A stretch of DNA of 42,687 nt from an uncultured Clostridium sp. (lineage in GTDB: Bacteria > Bacillota > Clostridia > TANB77 > CAG-508), in contig CAZUHD010000001.1 of assembly GCA_964620415.1 (NCBI GenBank), positions 18,768 through 61,454 of the forward strand. Direction: 5' to 3'. A program made the position numbers and the translations under genes. Positions 31,312-42,354 of the stretch are shown here, piece by piece; within the stretch, counting starts at the first letter, position 1; every line of letters starts with the position of its first letter. The notes under the pieces are model-generated. The model saw nothing but the letters and a program-made list of their open reading frames with translations. It searched no databases and had not been told where the DNA came from.

Positions 31312-32145
31312 TTAGTACAAATACTTAAGAATTAAAATATTATCTATCTCTTGTGGATTGTTCATTATATATATTTCTGCTAAATCTTTTAAATCAAAAC
31401 TTCTATACTTATCTTGACTTAATTCTTGTTCTATTTTTGAGCCTTTTTTTAGCTTTATTTTATAATCATTTACTATTTTTCCACAAAATCTTTTTTTATT
31501 AATTTTGATGTTTTCTTCTAAGTTTATCAAAATACTTTTATCATATATGTTATATCTATTTATAATTTCTTCTGGAAAATCAATATTTACAACTACAGGA
31601 ACATTGAGTAAGCCTTTCTTTTTATTATTTGTAACTATAAGCATTATTCCATGTTCGTCTAATAGCTTTTTTTGTATTTTTGTAAAATTGTTTATATCAT
31701 TTGTTATAATTTTTACCATTTTAAATCTCATTGCTAAGTTTTCTATTAACTTAACATTTACTTCACTTATATTATTAATACATATACCTACTTCAGTTTC
31801 TTCTACTTTTATATTGTTTTGTATACATAATTTATCTACTATTTTATTTATTAAAAATTTCATTAAAACTTTTCCTTGAACAATATCTATATCCTTGCTA
31901 TACAATAAATTCACAAAATCTTTATCACATTTTAAATTTTTTGATAAAATAATTTTATCGCTTTCATTTAATTCTAAGATTTTTTTTATTTTTTGTGTTA
32001 CAGCTACTTTTCTATTAAACTTAAATTTCGATACCGTAAAATTTAAAATTATCCTATCTTCTATAATTTCTATTACTTTTAAAATTTTCTTTAAAGTTTT
32101 AGGTTTTGGATTTTCTTCTATCAAAAAAACTTGCATACATTTCAC
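31312..32145 (-). CDS. Hypothetical protein, possibly sporulation-associated
   Basis: 277-aa ORF; upstream TTATA..CATATATT resembles a mother-cell sigma promoter. Confidence 0.7.
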   Translation of the reverse strand: MKCMQVFLIEENPKPKTLKKILKVIEIIEDRIILNFTVSKFKFNRKVAVTQKIKKILELNESDKIILSKNLKCDKDFVNLLYSKDIDIVQGKVLMKFLINKIVDKLCIQNNIKVEETEVGICINNISEVNVKLIENLAMRFKMVKIITNDINNFTKIQKKLLDEHGIMLIVTNNKKKGLLNVPVVVNIDFPEEIINRYNIYDKSILINLEENIKINKKRFCGKIVNDYKIKLKKGSKIEQELSQDKYRSFDLKDLAEIYIMNNPQEIDNILILKYLY

Positions 32146-32187
32146 CTATCAAAATATATGCAAGCTTTTTTATTTATATAACCTTAT

Positions 32188-32664
32188 TTATTTTTTAATT
32201 GCTAATATTTTATATTGTATAACTCCTTCTGGTGCTTCCACATCAACAGTTTCGCCTTTTTTTCTTCCAAGTAAAGCCTTTCCCATTGGTGATTCATTTG
32301 AGATTTTATTTTCTGCAAGATTTACTTCTGTTGAACCAACTATTGTATATTCTACATCTTCGTCAAATTCAATATCATGTAATTTAACTGCATTTCCTAT
32401 TTGAACAGTTTTAGTATCTATTTCTTTAGCATCTATTACTTTAGCATTTCTTATTTTAGTTTCCAATACTGCAATTTGTTCTTCGTTTTCAGATTGAGCA
32501 GTTTTGGCTTCATCATATTCAGCATTTTCAGATAAATCTCCAAAACCTCTAGCTGTTTTTATTCTTTCAGCTATTTCACTTCTTTTAACTGTTTTTAAAT
32601 AATTTAGCTCCTCTTCTAATTTATCATATCCTTCCTGTGTTAGGATAACTCCTTGATCTTCCAT
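32188..32664 (-). CDS. greA: Transcription elongation factor GreA
   Basis: [13 protein letters not shown] and [13 protein letters not shown] motifs. Confidence 0.96.
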   Translation of the reverse strand: MEDQGVILTQEGYDKLEEELNYLKTVKRSEIAERIKTARGFGDLSENAEYDEAKTAQSENEEQIAVLETKIRNAKVIDAKEIDTKTVQIGNAVKLHDIEFDEDVEYTIVGSTEVNLAENKISNESPMGKALLGRKKGETVDVEAPEGVIQYKILAIKK

Positions 32665-32667
32665 AAT

Positions 32668-33327
32668 TTATTCCTCTCCTTTAGTTAAATTTTCTTTTGC
32701 CTTTTGAAACCCAACTGTCAAAATTCCTATAGTAACTATATATATACCTAAGGCTATAGCATTTGTAATCCTTCCAAATGGGATTCTAGTTATTGCAATA
32801 ATTGCATAATATGTTAATTCTGCAATTATAGGTATTAAGATACTTTTTAATAATATTTGTGCTACACCTATTTTATGATAAATAATTATAAAGTATGTTA
32901 TTACTATTACAAATGAAATTATACCAGGTACTATGTATGGTTTTAAAATATCTCTTATTCTAGTAGCTGGAATATTTTTTATTTCTACATAATTCAAGTT
33001 AATGTCATTTTCAATTTCATCATTTATTTTTTGCACTATATCTTTCTTTTCATCTTCAGAAATTGAAGTAGATATAATTTCTAAAGAATTACCAAATCTT
33101 TCGACTTCTTTAACTTCCACTTTTCTATCACTTAATACTGATTTCACTATTTCTTTTATTTTAGTTCTATCTAGTCCTGTATTATTAGAAATTACCATAG
33201 ATTGTTTATTTTGATAAAATAGTTCTATGTTAAAACCCTTAACCAAACAAACTATTCCGCCTGCAATAATTATTATTATAGCTATTATAATACATAAGAT
33301 ACTATTTACATTTTTTAGTTTTTCCAT
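32668..33327 (-). CDS. secF: Short, divergent SecF-like membrane protein
   Basis: N-terminal TM then KGFNIELF (SecF GLN.GIDF-like), extracytoplasmic domain, three further TMs; follows the secD-like gene. Confidence 0.55.
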   Translation of the reverse strand: MEKLKNVNSILCIIIAIIIIIAGGIVCLVKGFNIELFYQNKQSMVISNNTGLDRTKIKEIVKSVLSDRKVEVKEVERFGNSLEIISTSISEDEKKDIVQKINDEIENDINLNYVEIKNIPATRIRDILKPYIVPGIISFVIVITYFIIIYHKIGVAQILLKSILIPIIAELTYYAIIAITRIPFGRITNAIALGIYIVTIGILTVGFQKAKENLTKGEE

Positions 33328-33342
33328 TATTTCTCTTCCTTT

Positions 33343-34809
33343 CTATTGTTCTATCATATTTCTTGTTAACAAATAATTATAAATAGTGCTTAAAAGTATT
33401 CCCCAGAACATAAACATACCAAATTCAGCAATTTTATCAAATCTTACAAATGCAAAAACTATTGATATTAAAAAGATTGGCATTAATTTGAAAGCCCATT
33501 CCTTTATTCTTTCTGTCTTTTCTGTTTTTTCTCTTAGTAAGTCAACTACTAATATATAATTAATAGCAAGTACTATAACCCCTGCAATAATTGTTTCTAC
33601 CGTAATATATACATTTGTGTATCTTATAAGAAGCAAGTCTACAGCTATAAATCCAATGTAAGCTATAGCAGCAATTAATCCTTTAAATTTGTATTTAATC
33701 ATAAGTACAATAAGTGCAATTACTGCAACTACCCCTATTCCGATAACACATTTTAAAATTACATCTTCACTTATATCTGTTTTTATATATCTATTTTCAT
33801 CAAAAGTATATGTAAGAGGTAATGTTCCTGTGTTTAACTGTGCCGCTACAGTTGATGCAGAAGTTAAAGTATTATTAATTGCATCTGCATCTGTCGATGT
33901 TTGTCCCATAGTTAAACTTATAACTCCATTTTCTATTGGCTCATCAAAACTTGATGTAATTAACTCCGTTCCATCCATAACTATAGATATTTTCTTTTGT
34001 TCTTCCTTAGGCTCTTCAGTATTTTCACTTTCTTCTTTATTCTCATCTGAAGATGTTTCTTCTGATGTTATATTTGCTTCTCCCTCTGAAGTATTTTCAG
34101 TTTCTGCGGCATTTTCAGTGTCTGTTGTATTTTCAGTATCTTGGTTTTCTTCTTCTTTTTTTGTTGCATATTCCCCTGAGGTTAATTCTTTTAATTTGTT
34201 TTGTCCATCTTTATTGAACTCTAATTGTAAATACACTGCTGTTCCAGTAGTCATATTATTATAAGCTGCTGAAACATTTTTTAGACTATCATTTGTAAGA
34301 TATACTTTAGAAGTATCTTCAGAATCTCTAATTTCAAATTTTGCTACTTGTAGAATATTACTTATTGTATGATTTGTTGTAGAATTTTCTGGAATTTGTA
34401 AACAAATAGTTCCAGTATTTGCATCTAAACTTATATTATAATCTGCCACACCAAAATATTTAAGTCTCTCTTCAATAATCGACTTTACTTTTTTGTAATT
34501 ATCTAAATTTAAATCTTCTTCTTTATTTATTTTTGTTTCAGATTTTTGATATGAATATGATTCTATATCACTATCTGAATAACTGTCTGTATTTCCTACT
34601 ACCTTTCCATCAGAATCTAAAACTTCTGTTGCATCACTTACTTTAAGTGTAAGTTCTCTATAACCTGTTAAGTCATTTCCTAAATCATAAGATTTTACTT
34701 TATTTTCTACTTTATTTAGATTTTGTTTGTATATTCCTACAAACGATATTAAGCATATAATTAATATAGCTAGAATTTGTGTTAGTAGTTTTAACCTTTT
34801 TCCGTTCAA
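33343..34809 (-). CDS. secD: Divergent SecD-like membrane protein
   Basis: LGNDLTG (LGLDL.GG-like), IIEERL..FGVAD, QLEFNKDG, LNTGTLPL and MIKYKFKGLIA. Confidence 0.7.
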   Translation of the reverse strand: MNGKRLKLLTQILAILIICLISFVGIYKQNLNKVENKVKSYDLGNDLTGYRELTLKVSDATEVLDSDGKVVGNTDSYSDSDIESYSYQKSETKINKEEDLNLDNYKKVKSIIEERLKYFGVADYNISLDANTGTICLQIPENSTTNHTISNILQVAKFEIRDSEDTSKVYLTNDSLKNVSAAYNNMTTGTAVYLQLEFNKDGQNKLKELTSGEYATKKEEENQDTENTTDTENAAETENTSEGEANITSEETSSDENKEESENTEEPKEEQKKISIVMDGTELITSSFDEPIENGVISLTMGQTSTDADAINNTLTSASTVAAQLNTGTLPLTYTFDENRYIKTDISEDVILKCVIGIGVVAVIALIVLMIKYKFKGLIAAIAYIGFIAVDLLLIRYTNVYITVETIIAGVIVLAINYILVVDLLREKTEKTERIKEWAFKLMPIFLISIVFAFVRFDKIAEFGMFMFWGILLSTIYNYLLTRNMIEQ

Positions 34810-34842
34810 TTTTATTTCCTCCTCTACATAATTACTGTTTTT

Positions 34843-36159
34843 TTAAGCACTTGCTTGTTCATTATTTTTTATTTTCTTTATTGGACTTCTTTGTGCTACT
34901 TTTTTCTCATTAAGTATTACTTTTGGTTTACTAGATTTTTGAACTGTTTCTTTTGTTATAATACATTTTTCTATTCTATTATCTGATGGTATTTCAAACA
35001 TAATATCTGTCATAATATCTTCAATAATTGAACGTAGTCCCCTAGCTCCTGTCTTTAATTCTATTGCTTTTTCCACAATTGCATTTATAGCTTCATCTTC
35101 GAACTCTAATTCTACTCCATCTATTTCAAATAGTTTTTTGTACTGTTTTACTAATGAATTTTTAGGTTCAACAACTATTTTTCTCAAAGCTTCTCTATCT
35201 AGCTCTTTTAAGGTTGCAAATATTGGTAATCTTCCTATAAATTCTGGTATTAAGCCAAATTTTAATAAATCTTGTGGTAATAATTCTTCAAATATTTTAT
35301 ATTTATCTACTTTTGTATTAGATTGTAAATTAGAGCCAAATCCGATTGTTTTCTTTCCTGTCCTATCCCTAATTATATTTTCTAATCCTTCAAAAGCACC
35401 TCCACAAATAAACAGTATATTTGTTGTATCTATTTGTATTAGTTCTTGATGAGGGTGTTTTCTACCTCCTTGTGGTGGAACTGATGCTATTGTTCCTTCT
35501 ACTATTTTAAGTAATGCTTGTTGTACTCCCTCACCACTAACATCTCTTGTAATTGATGGATTTTCTGATTTTCTTGTTATTTTATCTATTTCATCAATAT
35601 AAATTATACCTTTTTCTGCTCTTGATACATCTCCATCTGCTGCTTGGATTAGTTTTAATAAAATATTTTCAACATCTTCTCCAACATAGCCCGCTTCTGT
35701 AAGGGTAGTAGCATCTGCTATTGCAAATGGTACATTTAATATTTTAGCAAGTGTACTTGCTAAAAGTGTTTTTCCACTTCCTGTAGGACCTAAAAGTAAA
35801 ACATTACTTTTTTGAATTTCTACTTCATCCTTTTTTCCTTTTGTTTTTTCTTCATGGTTTATTCTTTTATAGTGATTATACACTGCGACAGACAATATTT
35901 TTTTTGCCGTATCTTGTCCTATTACATATTCATCTAATACTTGTTTTATTTCTTTTGGACTTGGAATTACATCTTCTTCATTTAATGTATATGTTTCATC
36001 CTCTAGTTCATCTTCATCCTCCAAAATAGATAAACAAAGGTTTATACATTCATCGCAAATATATACTCCTGGACCTGCGACCATTCTCTTAACACTATTT
36101 TGTGGTTTACCACAAAAAGAACAAAATACATTTTTTATATTTTCATTATTTTTTGGCAT
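34843..36159 (-). CDS. clpX: ATP-dependent Clp protease ATP-binding subunit ClpX
   Basis: CSFCGK zinc finger, [29 protein letters not shown] and IGF loop. Confidence 0.98.
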   Translation of the reverse strand: MPKNNENIKNVFCSFCGKPQNSVKRMVAGPGVYICDECINLCLSILEDEDELEDETYTLNEEDVIPSPKEIKQVLDEYVIGQDTAKKILSVAVYNHYKRINHEEKTKGKKDEVEIQKSNVLLLGPTGSGKTLLASTLAKILNVPFAIADATTLTEAGYVGEDVENILLKLIQAADGDVSRAEKGIIYIDEIDKITRKSENPSITRDVSGEGVQQALLKIVEGTIASVPPQGGRKHPHQELIQIDTTNILFICGGAFEGLENIIRDRTGKKTIGFGSNLQSNTKVDKYKIFEELLPQDLLKFGLIPEFIGRLPIFATLKELDREALRKIVVEPKNSLVKQYKKLFEIDGVELEFEDEAINAIVEKAIELKTGARGLRSIIEDIMTDIMFEIPSDNRIEKCIITKETVQKSSKPKVILNEKKVAQRSPIKKIKNNEQASA

Positions 36160-36170
36160 AAAAATCTCCT

Positions 36171-36776
36171 TTATTTCCTTTTATACAAAATTTCATCTAT
36201 TAATCCATAGTCTAGAGCTTCCTCTGCTGTCATATAATGATCTCTTTCTGTATCTTTCATTACTTCTTCTAATGGTTTTCCTGTTGTATCAGCTAAAATT
36301 TTTGTTAATCTTTCTCTTGTTTTAATCATTTGGTCAGCTTGTATTTTTATATCAGTAGTTTGACCTGATATTCCTCCTCCTCCAATTAGAGGTTGATGAA
36401 TTAATATTTCAGCATTTGGCATTGCAAATCTCTTTCCTTTTGTTCCACTTGCTAAAAGGACTGCACCAAAGCTTGCTGCTAAACCAACACAAAATGTTGC
36501 TACTGGACATTTTATGTAATTCATAGTATCTACTATTGCTAAACCATCTGTTACACTTCCTCCAGGTGAGTTAATATAGAAAAATATTTCTTTATCAGGA
36601 TCTTCTGATTCCAAAAATAACATTTGTGCAATTACTAAACTTGCTGTCGTACTATTTACATCTTCTCCTAAAAAAATAATTCTATCTTTTAACAATCTTG
36701 AAAATATATCGTAAGATCTTTCTCCCTTATTTGTTTGTTCAATTACATAAGGCACTAAACTATTTTTCTCTAACAT
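36171..36776 (-). CDS. clpP: Clp protease proteolytic subunit
   Basis: [32 protein letters not shown] and DTERD motifs. Confidence 0.98.
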   Translation of the reverse strand: MLEKNSLVPYVIEQTNKGERSYDIFSRLLKDRIIFLGEDVNSTTASLVIAQMLFLESEDPDKEIFFYINSPGGSVTDGLAIVDTMNYIKCPVATFCVGLAASFGAVLLASGTKGKRFAMPNAEILIHQPLIGGGGISGQTTDIKIQADQMIKTRERLTKILADTTGKPLEEVMKDTERDHYMTAEEALDYGLIDEILYKRK

Positions 36777-36809
36777 AATTATATAACTCCTCCTTAATTT
36801 AAATATAAT

Positions 36810-36834
36810 TAGAGGTGCTAAAGAGCACCTTCTA
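36810..36834 (-). terminator. Hairpin between tig and clpP
   Basis: AGGTGCT / AGCACCT. Confidence 0.45.
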
Positions 36835-36837
36835 AAT

Positions 36838-38127
36838 TTATTTTGTTTTTTCTTTGCTGTTTTTAACTAAAAATTCAATCGCTTTTTCACTTACAATTCC
36901 ATTTTTTAAATAATTTGTTACATTTTCATTATTTTGCAATTCTTCTGGCTTTTTATCATAATTTTCAGCCATTTCTTCTATTTTTGCTTTTAATTCTTCA
37001 TCAGTTGCTTCTATTTTTTCAGCTTTAACTACTGCTTCTAAAGCAAGTCTTGATTTTATATTATCTATTGCTTGTGGCTCATATTCTTTTTGCCAATCTT
37101 CTTTTGTTTTATTTATCATTTTTAGATATTGCTCCATTTTTATACCTTGATATGATAGTCTTTGTTCCATATTTTCATACGTTGTTTCAATTTCATTTTC
37201 TACCATACCTGATGGAACATCAACTTTCATTCCATCTACAACTGCTTTTATTACAGCTTCTTCTTTTTCATATTTTTCTCTATCTTTATTTTGTTTTTCA
37301 AGTTTTTCTTTAATACTTTGTTTTAATTCTTTTAGAGTATCAAATTCACTAACATCTTTTGCAAATTCATCATCTAATTCTGGTAATTCTTTTTTCTTTA
37401 TTTCATGTAATTTTATTTTAAATACTGCTGGCTTTCCTTCTAGGTCTTTCATAAAATATTCTTCTGGGAATGTTACATCAATAGCTCTTTCTTCATTAAC
37501 TTTCATTCCAATAATTTGCTCTTCAAATCCCTCTATAAAAGAGTGGCTTCCAATAACCAATTCATGATTTTCAGCCCTTCCACCTTCAAAAGATTTTCCA
37601 TCTACAAATCCTTCAAAATCTATAATTACAGTATCACCATCTTCTACAGGTCTATCATCTACTGTAATTATTCTTGCATTTTGATCTTGCATATGACTTA
37701 ATTCATTGTCTATATCTTCATCTTTTACATTATACTCTATTTTTTCGATTTCTATACCTTTATATTTTCCTAGTTTTACTTCTGGTTTTGTTTGAACTGT
37801 TGCCTTAAATACAAGGTCTTGTCCTTTTTCCATTGTTACAATATCTATTTTAGGTTTTGATACTACATCTAAATTGTTTTGACTTATTGCTTTTTCATAT
37901 TCTTCAGGTACTATATCATTGAATGCATCTTGATAAAATATCTCTTTTCCATAATATTTCTCTACTATATTTTGTGGTGCTTTTCCCTTTCTAAATCCTG
38001 GTATATTAAAATATTTTGCACTTTTGAAATATATTTTTCTAATAGCATTTTCAAATTTTTCTGCCTCTATTTTAATTTCTAATTCTACTTCATTTGCATT
38101 TTTTGTTTTTTCTACTTTACATTCCAT
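36838..38127 (-). CDS. tig: Trigger factor
   Basis: [14 protein letters not shown] domain [11 protein letters not shown], and position before clpP-clpX. Confidence 0.97.
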   Translation of the reverse strand: MECKVEKTKNANEVELEIKIEAEKFENAIRKIYFKSAKYFNIPGFRKGKAPQNIVEKYYGKEIFYQDAFNDIVPEEYEKAISQNNLDVVSKPKIDIVTMEKGQDLVFKATVQTKPEVKLGKYKGIEIEKIEYNVKDEDIDNELSHMQDQNARIITVDDRPVEDGDTVIIDFEGFVDGKSFEGGRAENHELVIGSHSFIEGFEEQIIGMKVNEERAIDVTFPEEYFMKDLEGKPAVFKIKLHEIKKKELPELDDEFAKDVSEFDTLKELKQSIKEKLEKQNKDREKYEKEEAVIKAVVDGMKVDVPSGMVENEIETTYENMEQRLSYQGIKMEQYLKMINKTKEDWQKEYEPQAIDNIKSRLALEAVVKAEKIEATDEELKAKIEEMAENYDKKPEELQNNENVTNYLKNGIVSEKAIEFLVKNSKEKTK

Positions 38128-38344
38128 TTAAAATCTTCCTTTCAATTTATAAGTTTTAATTTAATAAGTTTACATGTTGATATATTATATCACAAATTCA
38201 ATAAAATGCAACAAAAATTTGAATTTTTCAAAAATTTATTTAGCTTGAAAAGGTAACAAATTTACTAAAATCAATACTTTAAAGAATTTTTATAATTATT
38301 CTTAGGTTTAAACAATACATACTAATTATTGTTTAAATCAAGAT

Positions 38345-40309
38345 TTATTTTATTTGGGTAAATTGTTCTAATTCCTTTATTTTATCTCTAACTTCTGCTG
38401 CTTTTTCAAATTCCATTTTGCTTGCATATTCTAGCATCTCATCTGTTAACCTAGAAATAACATCTTTTATATCCTCATCTTTTTCAGCTTTAAATTCCAC
38501 TTTTATATCTTCTAATTGTACTGCTTTTATCGAATCTCTTATAGATTTACTAATTGTTTTAGGTATTATTCCATGCTCTTTATTATATTGTTCTTGGATT
38601 TTACGTCTCCTGTTTGTTTCAGATATTGCTTTTTCCATTGATTCAGTAAGCTCATCTGCATACATAATAACGGTTCCATTTGTGTTACGTGCTGCTCTTC
38701 CTATTGTTTGTATTAGAGAACGTTCTGAACGTAAAAATCCTTCTTTATCGCTATCTAATATTGCAACTAAAGATACCTCTGGAATATCTAATCCCTCTCT
38801 TAAAAGGTTTATTCCAACTAAAACATCAAATTCTCCAAGTCTTAAGTTTCTTATTATCTCCATTCTTTCTAATGATTTTGTATCTGAATGCATGTAATTA
38901 ACTCTTACATCAAAACTTTTTAAGTATTCTGTTAAATCCTCAGCCATTTTTTTAGTTAATGTTGTAACAAGTACTCTTTCATTTCTTTCTGTTCTTATAC
39001 GTATTTGTTCTAGTAAATCATCTATTTGATTGGTTACTGGTTTTACTTCTATTTTAGGATCTAAAAGTCCTGTTGGTCTTATAATTTGTTCTACTACATT
39101 TTCTTTAGAATGTTCGTTTTCATATTCCGCAGGTGTTGCGCTTACAAAAATTACTTGATTTATTCTTTGCTCAAATTCCTCAAATTTTAAAGGTCTATTG
39201 TCATATGCTGATGGAAGCCTAAATCCATAATTTACTAAGGAATCTTTTCTTGATTTATCTCCATTATACATAGCTCTTACTTGAGGGATTGTAGCATGAG
39301 ATTCATCTATTAAAAGTAGGAAATCTTTTGGAAAATAATCAAATAATGTATATGGTGGACTTCCTGCTTTTCTTCCACTAATATGCCTTGAATAGTTTTC
39401 TATTCCGGAGCAAAAACCAGTTTCTCTCATCATTTCAATATCAAAATTTGTTCGTTCTTCTATTCTCTGTGCTTCTATAAGTTTGTTATTATCTTTAAAA
39501 TATTTAATACGCTCTTCAAGTTCTTGTTCAATTGCTTCAATTGCTCTATCCATTTTATCTCTACTAGTTACATATTGTGAGGCTGGTGGGATTAAAACAT
39601 GATTTCTTGTACCAATAGATTTTCCTGTTAAAGGATTTATTTCTGAAATTTTTTCAATTTCATCTCCCCAAAATTCAATTCTTACAGCAGATTCACTTTG
39701 AGATGATGGATAAATTTCAAGAATATCCCCTTTTGCTCTAAATGTTCCTCTTTTAAAATCAAGTTCATTTCTTCCATATTGCATAGCTACTAATTTTTTC
39801 ATTATATCTTCTCTTGATTTTTCCATACCAGGTCTTAAAGATAGCACCATTCCTTGGTAATCAATAGGATCTCCTAATCCATATATACAAGAAACAGAAG
39901 CAACAACTATAACATCTCTTGTTTCAAATAATGAAAGAGTTGCTGAGTTGCGAAGTTTGTCTATTTCATCATTTATAGAAGCATCTTTTTCAATATAAGT
40001 ATCAGATGCTGCAATATAGCTTTCTGGCTGATAATAATCATAATAAGATACAAAATACTCAACTGCGTTCTCAGGGAAGAACTCCTTGAACTCCGAATAA
40101 AGTTGTCCAGCTAAGGTTTTGTTATGTGCTAAAACCAGTGTTGGTTTTTGTACCTCAGCAATAACATTTGCCATGGTAAATGTTTTTCCACTTCCTGTAA
40201 CACCCATTAAAGTCTGGTATTTATTGCCCTTTTTAAAGCCTTCAACTAATTTTTTTATAGCTTGTGGTTGATCTCCAGTTGGTTTATAATTTGATACTAA
40301 TTTAAACAT
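38345..40309 (-). CDS. uvrB: Excinuclease ABC subunit UvrB
   Basis: [42 protein letters not shown] and C-terminal UVR domain. Confidence 0.98.
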   Translation of the reverse strand: MFKLVSNYKPTGDQPQAIKKLVEGFKKGNKYQTLMGVTGSGKTFTMANVIAEVQKPTLVLAHNKTLAGQLYSEFKEFFPENAVEYFVSYYDYYQPESYIAASDTYIEKDASINDEIDKLRNSATLSLFETRDVIVVASVSCIYGLGDPIDYQGMVLSLRPGMEKSREDIMKKLVAMQYGRNELDFKRGTFRAKGDILEIYPSSQSESAVRIEFWGDEIEKISEINPLTGKSIGTRNHVLIPPASQYVTSRDKMDRAIEAIEQELEERIKYFKDNNKLIEAQRIEERTNFDIEMMRETGFCSGIENYSRHISGRKAGSPPYTLFDYFPKDFLLLIDESHATIPQVRAMYNGDKSRKDSLVNYGFRLPSAYDNRPLKFEEFEQRINQVIFVSATPAEYENEHSKENVVEQIIRPTGLLDPKIEVKPVTNQIDDLLEQIRIRTERNERVLVTTLTKKMAEDLTEYLKSFDVRVNYMHSDTKSLERMEIIRNLRLGEFDVLVGINLLREGLDIPEVSLVAILDSDKEGFLRSERSLIQTIGRAARNTNGTVIMYADELTESMEKAISETNRRRKIQEQYNKEHGIIPKTISKSIRDSIKAVQLEDIKVEFKAEKDEDIKDVISRLTDEMLEYASKMEFEKAAEVRDKIKELEQFTQIK

Positions 40310-40321
40310 TTTTTCCCTTTC

Positions 40322-40448
40322 TTGTGACCTATTTACTTTTTAAAAACGATTACACTCAGCCAACAATTCGTCCTCAAATTCGTCCCAAAATGAAATTTTT
40401 ATGTGGCTGAGAGTTGTCTTTTTGCATGGGGACGAATCAAGGTCACAA
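40322..40448. repeat. Nested palindromic element immediately upstream of uvrB
   Basis: TTGTGACCT/AGGTCACAA ends; inner CTCAGCCA/TGGCTGAG; AATTCGTCC twice versus GGGGACGAAT. Confidence 0.65.
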
Positions 40449-40581
40449 ATTTATTTCGCACTATTAAATGATATTAAATAATACTAATTATCATTTTTTA
40501 CCGTATAATAATATCATTTTTTCCTTGAAAAAACAAGGTCTTTTCAAAAAACTTGTTTCCCTGTATCTTTTTAATTTTATC

Positions 40582-40767
40582 CTAAACTGGTCTCAATTCT
40601 TCTATAATTTTTTCATCAATGCCGTCTAATAATTCGTCCTCAGATTTACTTTTTTTGTAAGGCTTAACTAATTTTATAAATGGCTCTAGTTCATCTAAGC
40701 AATCCGCTATTATCTCGGCATTTTCACCATATACATTTACTGAAATAATTTCACTTGCGTGTCTCAT
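40582..40767 (-). pseudogene. Probable 3' fragment of a truncated gene
   Basis: 61-aa ORF with no clear RBS, directly after the IS200 remnant. Confidence 0.35.
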
Positions 40768-40775
40768 TACTTTTG

Positions 40776-40895
40776 CTACTTACTACCCTTAAAAGGATCT
40801 CTATATTCTTTTATTGTCAATTGATCTGACATCATATCTTCTTTTAATTGATTCTGTACATAATTATATACCGCTATTTTGTTATTTCCTACTAT
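40776..40895 (-). mobile_element. IS200/IS605-family TnpA C-terminal remnant
   Basis: Translates as VGNNKIAVYNYVQNQLKEDMMSDQLTIKEYRDPFKGSK*, resembling the TnpA catalytic-Tyr helix (Y..NQ) and DPF.G tail; HUH part is missing. Confidence 0.7.
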
Positions 40896-41049
40896 CCAGT
40901 TCATGTTGTTCTTTTTCATTAAAATTAGCAATTAAAAAAACTATCTATATTTAGATAGTCTTGAAAATTATAATTTATTTATCCAATCAGATGTATCATG
41001 TAAAGTTCTTTCAATACTCACAACTTTTTTGATATATTTTTATTATAAA

Positions 41050-41233
41050 TTAAACTACTGCTCTTTTAACCTTTTTCTGTACCATTTCTTTTTTCACTTT
41101 TTCAGCTTTATCCCTTATTTCTTTTAACCTTTCTTCTGTTGAAAAATTCTTTGTCATTTCATAATGATATTCTCTTACTTTATGAATATCCTCTACTGAA
41201 AAGCTATCTTTAATAACTGGTTTAGTCATCATT
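41050..41233 (-). CDS. Small basic protein, putative partner/antitoxin of the PIN protein
   Basis: MMTKPVIKDSFSVEDIHKVREYHYE; RBS GGAGGAG; overlaps the PIN stop. Confidence 0.65.
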
Positions 41234-41731
41234 ATCTCCTCCTTCTTCATTTTCCTCATTTTCCAATAAAACGTATGGAGAGCAAATATCAATAATTCTA
41301 TTTATATGTTTTTTAAAACATATTTGTCTAACTCCATTTATGGTGTTATAATTTACTAGATGCTTAAAATTCCAAGATAATATCATGTTAGCATTTGACA
41401 ATATTGCAACTGCAATATGTGTTGCATCATCTATGCTTTTGGGTTTTAGTATTCCCTCATCAATTATCAATCTTGCTAATTCATCAGCTTCTATATTTAC
41501 TTTACATTCTTCGTAGTCTAATTCACTTAAATATGATAACAATGTTTTTCTTTTTGTATCGTCACACTCGCCAATTTCTCTAAATACAAGATCTGATATG
41601 ATTACTTGAAATTTATCTGACTTTAAAATTTCCCATATTTTTTGTGTTTCATTCATTCTGTCAGGTGTGTCTTTTTGATCTAAATAGCTTATTATTGATG
41701 TATCTAAATAAACTCTAATTTTATCTATCAT
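41222..41731 (-). CDS. PIN-domain (VapC-like) protein
   Basis: VYLDTSIIS, EI, DATHIAVA and SWNFKHLVN motifs. Confidence 0.88.
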   Translation of the reverse strand: MIDKIRVYLDTSIISYLDQKDTPDRMNETQKIWEILKSDKFQVIISDLVFREIGECDDTKRKTLLSYLSELDYEECKVNIEADELARLIIDEGILKPKSIDDATHIAVAILSNANMILSWNFKHLVNYNTINGVRQICFKKHINRIIDICSPYVLLENEENEEGGDNDD

Positions 41732-41866
41732 TAAATTGCTCCTTTCATTTTTAATATATTATACCACACATTCTTATATTATTCTACAATTTTTAAGATT
41801 TATCTATAAAACTTATATTGCATCAATTAACGATAAACCCAAAGTTATAAGTATCATTTAAAATTA

Positions 41867-41898
41867 AGGGCAGATCACTTTACAGTAAATCTGCCTTA
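41867..41898 (-). terminator. Terminator after the pilin-like remnant
   Basis: GGCAGAT / ATCTGCC. Confidence 0.5.
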
Positions 41899-41906
41899 TA
41901 TTTTAT

Positions 41907-42236
41907 TTATCCTCCAGTAATTATAGCTAATATTTCTTTTGCAAATGTTATTACAACTCCACCTGCTAATGTCATTATTCCATTTGCTCTTTGTGTAGGT
42001 CGTGTGATTTTAAACTCATTCCAATTTGAATTATTCCAAATCCAAGAATAATCATACCTGTTGCTCTAATTAGTCCAAACATAAAACTTGATAAGTTATT
42101 GACTATTGCTATTAGATCATCTGCTGCAAACACTGGGACTACTTGTGTAATTATTGAAATTACAATATAAGTAATTACAAATACTCCTAAATTCAAATAA
42201 TTGTTCAATAATTGGCTTATCAAATATATCATTCAT
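41907..42236 (-). pseudogene. Disrupted VirB2/TrbC-like conjugative pilin gene with an apparently unrelated 5' fragment
   Basis: PVFAADD..NNLSSF.FGLIRA.G..LGFGI.Q.G.SLKSHD then a frame change to TQRANGIMTLAGGVVITFAKEIL; 1-nt loss near 41998, no CGG involved. Confidence 0.6.
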
Positions 42237-42354
42237 TTTCTTTAACCTCCATATTGCTTATATAATAATACTTCAAAAATCAAAAATGTAAGATTTATTT
42301 TTTTATATATTTGACAAAAAAGAGCAATATTTTTTTGATATTGCTCATATAAAT

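Noticed and set aside
294-41583. Numerous plus-strand ORFs in the track (e.g. 6449-7057, 33689-34264, 38418-38897)
   Set aside because: Antisense shadows of well-supported minus-strand genes with Phe/Ser/Ile-biased composition
41990-42005. Pilin-like frameshift as a ninth recoding site
   Set aside because: It needs a base added rather than skipped and has no CGG; it is an ordinary lesion
42180-42236. Possible AGG-triggered +1 shift (TTT-A-GGA) joining MNDIFDKPIIEQLFEF to the pilin frame
   Set aside because: Single case in an already damaged gene; in-frame AGG reads normally in ytfJ, spoVM and larC; a deletion junction is more likely
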